From positions 15,190,001 through 15,254,000 of the forward strand of contig OZ024749.1 of the NCBI GenBank assembly GCA_964016885.1: a DNA stretch of 64,000 nucleotides. The letters are read 5' to 3'. The notes beneath the pieces are model-generated. The model was not told the origin of the DNA and did not search any database. It saw only the letters and a list, made by a program, of their open reading frames with translations. How positions within the stretch are numbered: the first letter of the stretch is position 1; the number at the start of each line of letters is the position of its first letter. Source of the stretch: Eledone cirrhosa (lineage: Eukaryota). Of this stretch, positions 43,471 to 55,381 are shown in pieces. Position numbers and translations under genes: made by a program.

Positions 43471-46400
43471 TTATACTTCTCTTAGGTCAGTGTTGTTTGT
43501 TTGGGTGTTGTTGTTGTTCCACTCATTCTTTCTGTTTAGCTTTGGTCTTCTAATTTCTATTTCACTGGCCTCTCTGATTTGCCTATCTGCTGGGTCATTC
43601 CTATGTTTAGATATTATTCTAATTTCTATGTTGTCTATGTTACCGTCATGATGTTGTCTAGCATGTTCGTATAGTACTGACCCGTTTTTTCGTCCTTTTA
43701 GTTCCCCCCAGTGTTGGTCTATCCTTTCACCTATGCTACGAGCTGTCTCACCTATGTATGTTGTTGTCGTGTTTCTGCAAGTACCCTCTGTACATCTTAT
43801 GCTATAGACTACGTTTCTAGTTTTACAGTTTATCCGGGGGTTCACCTTACATATGATACATTTCCTATTGGTACAGTGGGTTTTCTTAAAAGGGTAGGTT
43901 TTGCTGATCAGGGATTTTATGGTGGTTCCTGGCTTTTCTACCACCTTTATTTTTAAGTGGGTCTTTCTCAGGGCCTTTCTACACTGGTTAGCTAATTTCC
44001 CTCCAGGGGTGGCGTCCACAAACATGACACTCTGATATCTCTGGTTGTCGTACCATGATGTGGCCTTCCCTATCTTATGTCTAGCCCTATCTAAGCTATT
44101 CCATGATTTGCTCCTGTATAGTGGGCAAATTCCTTTCATGTCCAGTTCTATGAGGGTCTTATACTTTTCCATGGCTCCTTCGTATACTCTGACTCTGTCT
44201 CTTTGGTTGTAGCCAGAGAACTGCATGCGGTTGATGAAGTGTTGGATGTGTCCTTCCATTTCTGTTGGGTCGCACATGCTGGACACATTCTTCATCACTC
44301 GTACCAAATCTGCGATCAGAATATTAAACTTAGCACTACTGGACATTGCTGAGTTTTTGAGTATCAGGTATTTGGAGGCCATGGGTTTAGCATAGTGTGA
44401 GTGGAGAATTTGGGCTCTCTCGTCTATAGTGTTAATCCAGAGTTCTGTGTCTAATACAGGTAGTCTATTGTTAGGGTGTTTGGAAGGGAAGTCTATAGTT
44501 ACAGTTATACTCTGGTGTATGGAATTAGCTATCTGCTGGATGCTTTCCATCGTGCTACGTTCTAAATCAAACTTGTTAGTGCTCTCTAGTGGGGGTGTTC
44601 TTATAACTATATTGATATCGTCTACATAACGAGAGTACATGATGAGGTCTATGGAGCTTTCATTAAGGAGATCTTTAAGTCTCCTTTCCCACCATACCAT
44701 GAAAAGGTTGGCAACATCGCCAGCTATGCTGACGCCGATGGCTGCTCCCTCATTTTGGGTGTAGATTTTCTCATTGAACTTAAATATGTGGCCCTTTAGG
44801 GTAGTTTTGATACTAGCCCCTATTGCATGTGCGACCATTTTTCTTACCTGATCAGTGTTTTGGGGGGTCCGTATAGCTTTGGTCCACCCAATCCACCTTC
44901 CTATGGGAGTCTTTTTAGCCATTGAGGTTATGGTGGGGGGTCTACCTCTTATAGGTCTACTAGGGCAGAAACATCTAAGGTCATGGCTGTCTAGGTAGTC
45001 AGTGTCGTAGGTAAGTCTAAGTAGGAGGCCCAGTTCGTCTGTGTCGACGTCGCAGAACTCCACCTCACTCTCAATGATCATCTCCACACATCTTTTCACA
45101 GCAAAATCAATGTTAATGGATGGGTACAGTGACACCACATCCATGCTGCCTATTATGCAGTTGGATAGGCTCCTGTTTTTGTTGCACTCACTGATTCTGC
45201 TGAGGAGGTCCTCTGTACTTTCACATACATCTGGGGACATCTTGATTATGGGGCGTATAACCATTGAGAGGAAGTAGGAGATCCTGTAGTTGCTAGCTAT
45301 ATTAGCTCCGCATACAGGTCTTGTTGGTGGTCCTATTGTCGGGTCGTCGACTGTCTTGTGGTCTTTGCGGAGCCCATACAAGGGTGGTATGCCATTGTTA
45401 GACGCCTGGAAGTTGTTGGCAGTGCGTCTGCTTGGCTTTAGGATGTCAGTCCACATCATCATGTGAGCGTTGAGGATTTTTTCTCTCCCATCGTGTGTTA
45501 GTTGTGCAACTTCGCTCGTGTTGGTGATGTGGGGTTGCATTGCCTCGATGTAGTTCGGCATGCTATCTATTGACATCCTACCAGACTTATCTGTGGGTAG
45601 ACACACTACCTCACCATCCCTTGTGCGCTGCTTGAGGCTAACCAAGCCTTCTACAGGTTTTATCCCAAGTTGTTGGGCCTCTGGTCTGCTCTGTCTCATA
45701 GTGTACCTGTCTACTACTTGTCTAATCTTATTTCTAGCTATGGTGAACTGTGCCTCCGTCTCGTCATCTATTTGTTGTGGTATGCAAACTCTTTTATTAA
45801 AGGGTAACCTCGTAGGATAGATATTACCCATCTTATATGTTTTGTCAGCTGGGTTGAAAAATAGTTTCTCTAAGGGGTTGTCGTTATTTCTATCGTCATA
45901 GTTGTGTGTGTTGCTATTATTGTTATCATGGTGGTTGTTGTTGTTTCTATCCTTAGCATTAATATTATTATTGTTATGATTGCTAGATGTATTGTTGTTT
46001 ACTTCACCGTTATTGTTGTTGTTACTGCTATTTCTACCATTGTGGTTGTTACTATTATTATGTTTCTTGTTTTTGTTGATGTTGCTACATGTACTATTTC
46101 CATTATTACCACTGTGGTTATTGTTGTTGTTGTTGTTCGTATTGTTACCGTTATTACTACTGTGGTCACTGTTGCTGTGTCTGTGGTTAACGTTTCTATT
46201 ATTATTATTATTGTGGTTGTTGTTGTTCTGTCTATCGCTAGTATTATTACCATTATCACTATTTCTCACTTTCCTGCCATTGTTATGGTTATGGCTGTTA
46301 TTTCTATACCCAGAGTTATTGTTTATATTACTACTACCGTTATTATTGTTGTTGTTGTTGTTTACCTTTGCATTCCAACGTATTTTTGTGAAACACTTTT

Positions 46401-47103
46401 CCAGCTCCGTTTTGCATTCCATAGGATTAATCTTTTTGTAGATGGCAAATTTTGGTGGTAACTTTAGGATTTGTTGTTCTTGTTCACTGATTAAAGTGTT
46501 CCCATAGATATTTACTGTGTGGTCATTGGTAAATTCTTCCGGTAGTTTTACATCACTCATACGGATGTTGTCGATGTTATCTGGGTATTTTTGAGAATAT
46601 TCGATTTTCCTTTCTTGTAGTTTTTTCTTATTCATCCATTCTAATTTCTTCTTGAAATGCCTACAGCATTCGTTTTGAGCATATTTCGTTTCGCGTCGGA
46701 TGACGCTCATGAAGTCATCTCTCTCGTTTGCTGTGATGAGATTTCGGATTTCCTTACCGTTGATGCGTTTTTGTCTGTAGAGTGCGTTGACTTTTGTGTA
46801 TGTTGTTCTTTTCATATTAACTGTTATTGTGTGTTTTAGCCGTTCAGCTTGTGTTTTGTTCAATAATAAATTATTTACTTGTTTTGATATGTTTGTTGTG
46901 TATGTTTTGGAGGAAACACAGTGTTTTAAGAAGCGGATTTGTTCTGTTGTTATTGTAGTTTTTATATAACAGAAAACAGTGTCTTTCAATAACCTTTCAG
47001 CTTGGCACAAGCTAATGCCATAGCGGCGATGAATTAGTTTTGCGAGGTTTTTTATATGAAATCGTGTGTCGAAACAGATATTGTTATATTTGGGGAGGGT
47101 CAT
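43471..47103 (-). CDS. PLE polyprotein, 1210 aa: N-terminal domain, Asn-rich tract, RT, Cys linker, GIY-YIG endonuclease (possibly Nematis-like clade)
   Basis: PTDKSG, LYGLRKDHK, RPVC, GSMDVVSLYPSI, QNEGAAIG, RYVDD, LPVLD, HYAKP, CTNRKCIIC..C, NVVYSIRC..C..YIGETAR...R..QH..H..RE; uninterrupted ORF. Confidence 0.95.
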   Translation of the reverse strand: MTLPKYNNICFDTRFHIKNLAKLIHRRYGISLCQAERLLKDTVFCYIKTTITTEQIRFLKHCVSSKTYTTNISKQVNNLLLNKTQAERLKHTITVNMKRTTYTKVNALYRQKRINGKEIRNLITANERDDFMSVIRRETKYAQNECCRHFKKKLEWMNKKKLQERKIEYSQKYPDNIDNIRMSDVKLPEEFTNDHTVNIYGNTLISEQEQQILKLPPKFAIYKKINPMECKTELEKCFTKIRWNAKVNNNNNNNNGSSNINNNSGYRNNSHNHNNGRKVRNSDNGNNTSDRQNNNNHNNNNNRNVNHRHSNSDHSSNNGNNTNNNNNNNHSGNNGNSTCSNINKNKKHNNSNNHNGRNSSNNNNNGEVNNNTSSNHNNNNINAKDRNNNNHHDNNNSNTHNYDDRNNDNPLEKLFFNPADKTYKMGNIYPTRLPFNKRVCIPQQIDDETEAQFTIARNKIRQVVDRYTMRQSRPEAQQLGIKPVEGLVSLKQRTRDGEVVCLPTDKSGRMSIDSMPNYIEAMQPHITNTSEVAQLTHDGREKILNAHMMMWTDILKPSRRTANNFQASNNGIPPLYGLRKDHKTVDDPTIGPPTRPVCGANIASNYRISYFLSMVIRPIIKMSPDVCESTEDLLSRISECNKNRSLSNCIIGSMDVVSLYPSINIDFAVKRCVEMIIESEVEFCDVDTDELGLLLRLTYDTDYLDSHDLRCFCPSRPIRGRPPTITSMAKKTPIGRWIGWTKAIRTPQNTDQVRKMVAHAIGASIKTTLKGHIFKFNEKIYTQNEGAAIGVSIAGDVANLFMVWWERRLKDLLNESSIDLIMYSRYVDDINIVIRTPPLESTNKFDLERSTMESIQQIANSIHQSITVTIDFPSKHPNNRLPVLDTELWINTIDERAQILHSHYAKPMASKYLILKNSAMSSSAKFNILIADLVRVMKNVSSMCDPTEMEGHIQHFINRMQFSGYNQRDRVRVYEGAMEKYKTLIELDMKGICPLYRSKSWNSLDRARHKIGKATSWYDNQRYQSVMFVDATPGGKLANQCRKALRKTHLKIKVVEKPGTTIKSLISKTYPFKKTHCTNRKCIICKVNPRINCKTRNVVYSIRCTEGTCRNTTTTYIGETARSIGERIDQHWGELKGRKNGSVLYEHARQHHDGNIDNIEIRIISKHRNDPADRQIREASEIEIRRPKLNRKNEWNNNNTQTNNTDLREV

Positions 47104-47139
47104 ATTTGCGTAATATTGCCAGAATTAATAACAGAACAC

Positions 47140-47182
47140 ACTCACTGTTTGGTTGGTTTTCGCTTCTCGCTGTCTTTTATAT
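47140..47182 (-). promoter_or_regulatory. Candidate TATA/Inr-like promoter upstream of the PLE ATG
   Basis: TATAAAAG about 35 nt before ACAGT, 43 nt upstream of ATG 47103; motif resemblance only. Confidence 0.3.
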
Positions 47183-47289
47183 ATATATATCTGCGATCTA
47201 ACTTACTCGGTCCTCAATGTTGCCATTGACTGACCGGCGGTCAAAAATAATACAGATACAATATAGACAAACACATATATATATAGTTT

Positions 47290-47332
47290 ACATAAATCTT
47301 TCGTTGCACATCTGCAACATCGTCAGTGGTGT
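47290..47332 (-). ncRNA. Minimal hammerhead ribozyme in the pLTR (identical copy at 43153-43195)
   Basis: CA-CUGACGA-UGUUGCA-GAUG-UGCAAC-GAAA-GAUU-UA-UG; stems I and III are weak. Confidence 0.65.
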
Positions 47333-48934
47333 TATATTCATTGTTCCTCCTGTTGTGTTGTATGTCTACGCCATTTTTTTTTTTTGTTCAGTCTGTCTAT
47401 ATATTTATTTATTTATTTGCTTGTTTGTTTATCTTATTTTATTTTGTCTTCTTTGCGCATGCGTTTGCGTGTGTGTATAGTGTTATGTGTGATGTGTGAT
47501 GTGTGACTAGTGTGTATAGTGTTGTCTGCTGGGTGACTAGTGTGTGTTTATGTGCTTGTGTATGTATTTATTTATCTTATTTTATTTAATTTAATTTACT
47601 TATTTATTTATACTTCTCTTAGGTCAGTGTTGTTTGTTTGGGTGTTGTTGTTGTTCCACTCATTCTTTCTGTTTAGCTTTGGTCTTCTAATTTCTATTTC
47701 ACTGGCCTCTCTGATTTGCCTATCTGCTGGGTCATTCCTATGTTTAGATATTATTCTAATTTCTATGTTGTCTATGTTACCGTCATGATGTTGTCTAGCA
47801 TGTTCGTATAGTACTGACCCGTTTTTTCGTCCTTTTAGTTCCCCCCAGTGTTGGTCTATCCTTTCACCTATGCTACGAGCTGTCTCACCTATGTATGTTG
47901 TTGTCGTGTTTCTGCAAGTACCCTCTGTACATCTTATGCTATAGACTACGTTTCTAGTTTTACAGTTTATCCGGGGGTTCACCTTACATATGATACATTT
48001 CCTATTGGTACAGTGGGTTTTCTTAAAAGGGTAGGTTTTGCTGATCAGGGATTTTATGGTGGTTCCTGGCTTTTCTACCACCTTTATTTTTAAGTGGGTC
48101 TTTCTCAGGGCCTTTCTACACTGGTTAGCTAATTTCCCTCCAGGGGTGGCGTCCACAAACATGACACTCTGATATCTCTGGTTGTCGTACCATGATGTGG
48201 CCTTCCCTATCTTATGTCTAGCCCTATCTAAGCTATTCCATGATTTGCTCCTGTATAGTGGGCAAATTCCTTTCATGTCCAGTTCTATGAGGGTCTTATA
48301 CTTTTCCATGGCTCCTTCGTATACTCTGACTCTGTCTCTTTGGTTGTAGCCAGAGAACTGCATGCGGTTGATGAAGTGTTGGATGTGTCCTTCCATTTCT
48401 GTTGGGTCGCACATGCTGGACACATTCTTCATCACTCGTACCAAATCTGCGATCAGAATATTAAACTTAGCACTACTGGACATTGCTGAGTTTTTGAGTA
48501 TCAGGTATTTGGAGGCCATGGGTTTAGCATAGTGTGAGTGGAGAATTTGGGCTCTCTCGTCTATAGTGTTAATCCAGAGTTCTGTGTCTAATACAGGTAG
48601 TCTATTGTTAGGGTGTTTGGAAGGGAAGTCTATAGTTACAGTTATACTCTGGTGTATGGAAGTTAGAGTAAGTTAGATCGCAGATATATATATATAAAAG
48701 ACAGCGAGAAGCGAAAACCAACCAAACAGTGAGTGTGTTCTGTTATTAATTCTGGCAATATTACGCAAATATGACCCTCCCCTAAATATATATATATATA
48801 AATATATATATATATTTATTTATATATATATAAATATATTTATAAATATATATATATATATATATATTTATTTATATATAAATATATTTATAAATATATA
48901 TATATATATATATATAAATATATAAATATATATT

Positions 48935-49088
<154 letters not shown>

Positions 49089-49142
49089 TATATATAAATA
49101 TATATATCTATATCTATATATATCTATCTATAAATATATATA

Positions 49143-49186
<44 letters not shown>

Positions 49187-49487
49187 TATATATATAAATA
49201 TATATATAAATATATATATCTATATAAATTATATATATATATATCTATATATATATATAGATATATATTTATATATATATTTATATATATATATAAATAA
49301 ATATATATATATATAAATAAATATATATATATATATTTATTTATATATATATAAATAAATATATATATTTATTTATATATATATAAATATATATATAAAT
49401 ATATATATCTATATATATCTATATATATATAAATTATATATATATATCTCTCTCTATATATATATATAAATTATATATATATATATA

Positions 49488-49523
<36 letters not shown>

Positions 49524-49542
49524 TATATATATATCTATATAT

Positions 49543-50051
49543 AGTAATAATAATAAAATTGAAGACTAAAATCCAAAGAGGGCTCGATAAGGAAAATATA
49601 TATCAAATATATAAGAACCGTAGAGCAAATATTTATTAAAATAACAGATTAAAGTTTAAGCAAAGAATCGCTGCTTTCACCCTTAACGGGATCTTCTGAA
49701 ACTAACGAAGTCAATCTGTAAACGCAAAACTGGATATTTCGAAAAACGTTGCAACCGGAGGAAGACAGGAAGACGATACTTTGGTTCGTGGTAACGTTCG
49801 CTGGCAAAGAACGGGAAAAAACGAATAATATGTCATTTCACCGCTCCGATTAATGACGTATTATTCGTTTTTTCCCGTTCTTTGCCAGCGAACGTTACCA
49901 CGAACCAAAGTATCGTCTTCCTGTCTTCCTCCGGTTGCAACGTTTTTTGAAATATCCAGTTCTGCGTTTACAGATTGACTTTGTTAGTTTCAGAAGATCC
50001 GTTAAGGGTGAAAGCAGCGATTCTTTGCTTAAACTTTAATCTGTTATTTTA

Positions 50052-50060
<9 letters not shown>
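49543..50060. repeat. Fold-back element, copy 2
   Basis: Direct duplicate of 41488-42004 with a few substitutions. Confidence 0.88.
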
Positions 50061-50103
<43 letters not shown>

Positions 50104-50181
50104 GAGAGGTATAGAGATTGTTTTAGCAAGAAGCTAACAGCATTCTATAACATATATGCGACTATATATATATATATAAAT

Positions 50182-50212
<31 letters not shown>

Positions 50213-50213
50213 T

Positions 50214-50248
<35 letters not shown>

Positions 50249-50281
50249 TTATATATATATATATAAATATATATATATATA

Positions 50282-50625
50282 TCATCATTCATCATCATTT
50301 TATTTTATGTCCGCTTTTTCCCTGCTTGCAAGGGTGGGACGGAAACTGATTTTGGCTTTATTTTTACAGCTGGATGCCCTTCCTAATACGAACCTCATTT
50401 ACAGTGAGTGCTGGGTGCTTTTTTGCCGTGGCACGTCCACGACCACTTTGCAGTGGAATGATATGGACCCCAGTCCCTATCATCTCATTTCTACAGCTGA
50501 GTAAACTGGAGCAATGTGAAATAAAGTTTCTTGCTCAAGGAAACAACACATCACCCGGTCTGAGAATTGAACTCACAACCGTTCGATTGCAAGCCCAATG
50601 CTCTAACCACTAAGCCATGTGCCTC
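50282..50625 (-). mobile_element. SINE family A, short-tail form
   Basis: Reverse complement of the 7130 copy. Confidence 0.9.
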
Positions 50626-50646
50626 TCTCTCTCTCTATATATATAT

Positions 50647-50844
<198 letters not shown>

Positions 50845-50870
50845 CACACATATATATATATATTTATATC

Positions 50871-51185
50871 ACTGAGTTTCTGTGAGGACGCAACACAGAA
50901 ATGTACAAGAAAACCCTTGATGTGAGGCAAAACTGCGCCTACCTCACCGACATCGGCGACAAATGCAATAGCGTCATTTTGGCTTTGCAGGGGAAGAAGA
51001 TCAGCTTGCTTAAAGCAAGGAATGCTGTGAAAACATTCCTGGCCAAATTGAATGTCATTGAAAGGAATCTTTGTTGATGGCAATTCTATAATTTTCCTAG
51101 CGTCACCAATGTTCAAAACATTGTAAGCGATGACCAGCTCCAAATTTATACCGCTCACTACAAGACAACATGAGAGAATGGTTTG
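50871..51185 (+). pseudogene. hAT (Charlie/Buster-like) transposase fragment
   Basis: Manual translation [38 protein letters not shown]...FYNFPS...[11 protein letters not shown] resembles the AYLxDIF..LN..N..LQG motif; in-frame stops. Confidence 0.6.
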
Positions 51186-53848
51186 AAGCCTTCCCTAGTG
51201 AGGAATGTACATCCCCACATAGCTTAGTTGTCAGCGACCTCACAGTCAGAACTAGACGAACCTGGAAACAGAGGCCAACCTGGAGAAGAAAGATCTGGAA
51301 GCTGAAAGACGCCTCAACCAGTAACAGATTTAGAGATATTTTACACAACGCCTACGACAGTAAAAAAGAACAGATAGAGACATTCAATGTAGAAGAGCAC
51401 TGGGAGTTCCTAAAAAATAACTTACTAGAGGCGACGGATGAGGTCTGTGGCTGGAGTAAGACCACAAGCAGGAGGAGAGTGACTTGGTGGTGGAACAATA
51501 AGGTAGATGAGGCAGTTAAGGCCAAGAGACAGGCATGGAAAGAATGGAAGAACGGGGGGAGCAGGGTACATTACATAGAGACCAAGAGGGAAGCTAGGCG
51601 ACAAGTATACTTAGCTAGGAGGGAAGCAGAGGATAGAAAATTCAAGCATGTTTTGCAACGTGAGGACCAGAAACAGGAGGTGTTCAAGATTGCAAGGCAG
51701 TGTGTCAGAGAGAATTGTGATGTCATTGGAGAGAAGTGTATCCGGAATGATAAAGGTTAGCTTGCCCTCGCAAGTGCTGAGAAGAAAGATGCATGGAAGA
51801 GTCATTATGATAGATTACTAAATGAGGAGAATGCATGGGAAGATGAGACCCTACCCCAAGTAGACCCTATAGAGGGGCCAGCAGTACAAGTCAGCAGCAG
51901 CGAAGTAAGTAAGGCAATCAAAGATATGAAGATGGGGAAGGCAACCGGTCCATCGGGTATAGCTGCCGAGAGGCTGAAGGCATCTGGGTCTGTAGGTCAC
52001 ACTATAACCACATGTATTGTTAACCAGGTAATACTAGAAGGTGTCACACCAAAAGATTGGTGCAGTAGCATCATTGTCAACTGCTACAAAGGTAAAGGTG
52101 ATGCACTCGATAGAGGAAACTATAGAGGTATAAAACTGATGGACCCGGTCATGAAAGTAACAGAAAGAGTTATAGCACAGTTGATTAGGGACCGGGTGAA
52201 ACTAGATGAGATGCAATTTGGATTTGTACCAGGAAGAGGCACCACTGATGCCCTCTTCCTTGTGAGGCAGTTACAGGAAAAGTACCTAGCTAAAAGTAAG
52301 CCACTCTACCTGGCATTTGTCGACCTTGAGAAAGCCTTTGACAGAGTTCCACGTGCTGTAATCTGGTGGGCTCTTAGAAAACTAGGAGTAGATGAATGGC
52401 TTGTGAAAGCAGTACAAGCCATGTATAGGGGAGCAGTCAGCAAAGTTAGGATTAGCAATGAGTATAGCGAGGAATTTAATGTACAGGTTGGGGTCCACCA
52501 GGGCTCTGTTCTTAGCCCCTCCTGTTCATCATAGTCCTGCAGGCAATAACGGAGAAGTTTAAGACCGGATACCCATGGGAACTCCTGTATGCTGATGACC
52601 TCGCACTCATAGCTGAATCTATGGTAGAATTAGAGAATAAATTCCAAACTTGGAAGCAGGGACTAGAAAGAAAGGGTCTCAAAGTCAACATGACAAAGAC
52701 TAAGGTCCTTGTAAGTAGACGAGAAGACAGAACCCAGATCCCCTCAGGGAAATGGCTTTGCTCAGTATGTAGGAAAGGTGTAGGTAGGAACTCCATTCTC
52801 TGCCCCAAATGCAAATAATGGGTACACAAGAGATGTAGCGGGATCTCAGGAAGCTTAATTACGAATGTAGGCTTCACATGCAGCAGCTGTGCTGGGACAG
52901 CAAACAGCCACAGGAAACAAGTACCACCAATCTCTGGGAGGCCTCTGTAGAAACAGTAGACAGCTTCTGCTACCTAGGTGACCGAATTAGCAGCGGAAGT
53001 GGGTGTTCAGAAAGTACAATAACTAGGGTAAGAACGGGATGGAAGAAGTTTAGGGAACTACTACCACTGCTCGCTGCAAAAGGCTTCTCCCTCAAAATGA
53101 AAAGCAGACTGTATGATGCGTGTATCCGAACAGCGATGTTGCATGGTAGTGAGACCTGGGCGCTGAAGGTGGAAGACTTACGTAGATTAGAGAGAAACGA
53201 AGCCTGCATGCTCCGATGGATGTGTAATAGTAATATACGCGACCGAGAAAGCATAAATGAATTGAGAGAGAGACTGAGCATAAGAGGAATCAAATGATGT
53301 GTGCAGGAGAGGCGATTGTGTTGGTATGGACATGTGATGCCTATGAAGGATGACAGCTGCATAAAAAGATGCAGAGCACTAGAAGTCGATGGAAACCGCG
53401 GAGTGGGGAAACCCAAGATGACCTGGGATGAGGTGATAAAAGCCGACCTTACCCAATTACACCTCTCAAAGGCGATGACACACGACCGTGACCTCTGGCG
53501 TCACGCAGTAATACAGAGTACCCGACCTCCCATGGGTACAAGCTGAAGCATATAGACAATATTCCCCCCCCCCCACTGCAAGGTGGTCGTGGAGGCACCA
53601 CGCAAAAAAGCACCCAGCCCACACTGTAAAGTGGACGTGTAGGCGCCACGAAAAAGCACCCAGCACTCACTGTAAATGAGGTTGGTGTTAGGAAGGGCAT
53701 CCAGCTGTAGAAATCAAGCCAAATCAGTTCCTGTATGAGCAAGGCATGGTCAGCCGACCATACACTGCCCACAACAGGACAACCCGTCTAACCCATGCTA
53801 GCGTGGAAGAACGGACGTAAAACGGTGATGATGATGATGATGATGATA
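51186..53848 (+). mobile_element. 5'-truncated RTE-clade LINE (same family as 16455-18545) with 3'UTR and (GAT)n tail
   Basis: End of APE domain (SPHSLVVSDL), TWWWN, NYRGIKL, FVDLEKAFDRV, QGSVLSP, LYADD, CSVC..CPKC..H..C finger, ERRLCWYGHV; several stops and frameshifts. Confidence 0.92.
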
Positions 53849-54249
53849 TATAAATATAAATAAATAAATATATATAAGTAAATATATATATATAACTAAA
53901 TAAATATATATATAACTAAATAAATATATATAACTAAATAAATACATATAACTAAATAAATATATTTAAATATATATATATATATAGTATAAAACATAGG
54001 TAAGCATTAAGAGAAGGATTTTATCCAGGTATTTACGACTGTTTCATTGGTAAGTGCAACCTTATATTGCTATACTGCAACAAATTTTCAAAATAGTGTG
54101 TTTTCTCTTTTATACTTTATACTCCAAGATTGAACGGAATTCTTACAAACTTGTGGAGTTACCCCTAACCGTACGTTGAAACCATCCAATTTTTTGCTTC
54201 TCTAACTATATATATATATATAGTTATATAGTTATATATATTTATTTAG

Positions 54250-54282
<33 letters not shown>

Positions 54283-54284
<2 letters not shown>

Positions 54285-54625
54285 ACACAGTGTGAAATAG
54301 AATAGAAGTCAGCAATATTGGACTATACAGAGATGACATGTTTCATGTAATCTACAACACGAGCAAACTTTACAACATGTTAATCAATACAATCAAACTA
54401 TTTAGTCGAGAATTTACAATATATACAAACCTGAAAAGAGTAAATTTACACAAAATAACACTAAATTAGCAATCCTCACCACAGAATCCCTCACCTATAT
54501 TTTACAGACAACCTCCTCCACCTCTACTCACAGACAATTCCCACAACTGTATTCACACCTATATTTTAATAAGATATTAAATGAAACAATAAAATTGCTT
54601 TACACGGAGAATATATTCAGATTTA
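54283..54625 (+). pseudogene. Highly decayed Hydra-like PLE RT fragment
   Basis: AAT ATT GGA CTA TAC AGA GAT GAC = NIGLYRDD, matching GIYRDD of the 714-aa PLE; TA-flanked. Confidence 0.45.
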
Positions 54626-54784
54626 TACAACTATATATATATATATACAAATATATATATATACAACTATATGTATGTATACAATCCAATAAATATATAT
54701 TAAAAAAAAACAGAAACATATTTTCTGAAATTCTATTTTTAAAAAATATTTAATCTCAGAAAAGAACAGCTTTAAGCTATACAT

Positions 54785-55321
54785 ATAACTACTACTACTG
54801 ATACTACAATTACTAATACTACAACTACTACTACTACTGATACTACAATTACTAATACTCCTACTACTGCTCCCATTAATACAACCACCACCATCACTAC
54901 CACCACTACCACCCACCATCACTACCACCATTACCACCCTCTAACACCACAACCACCACCGCCGCCACTGCCACCACCACCACTGCCACCATCTCCTCTA
55001 CCTCCACCAGTAAGTACCACTACTGCCACCTCTACCACCACCACCACCAGTACCACCACTGCCACCACTGCCACCTCTACCTCCAGTATCACCACTGCCA
55101 CCTCTACTACTGCCACCACCACCAGTACCACCACTACCACCACCACCACCACAGTTCCAACAATAGCTAATCTAAACCATGATAAAGTAACACACTCAAC
55201 AGGAGGAAATTAAATGAAAACAAAGCCAACAACAACAACAGCTAGGACAGCAACAACAACAACAACCACAACAACAGCAACAACAACAACAGCTAGGACA
55301 GCAACAATAGCAACAATTAGG

Positions 55322-55381
<60 letters not shown>

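Larger units (their letters stand above)
42883..48782 (-). mobile_element. Young Penelope-like element: 4137-bp unit, upstream partial tandem copy (47104-48661) and short inverted pLTR (48662-48782)
   Basis: Duplicated ORFs are offset by 4137 bp and look identical; HHRs at 43153-43195 and 47290-47332; TAAATATATA(TA) on both flanks (TSD-like). Confidence 0.95.

Noticed and set aside
43471-47103. Naiad-type selenoprotein PLE
   Set aside because: Endonuclease is C-terminal and there is no in-frame UGA.
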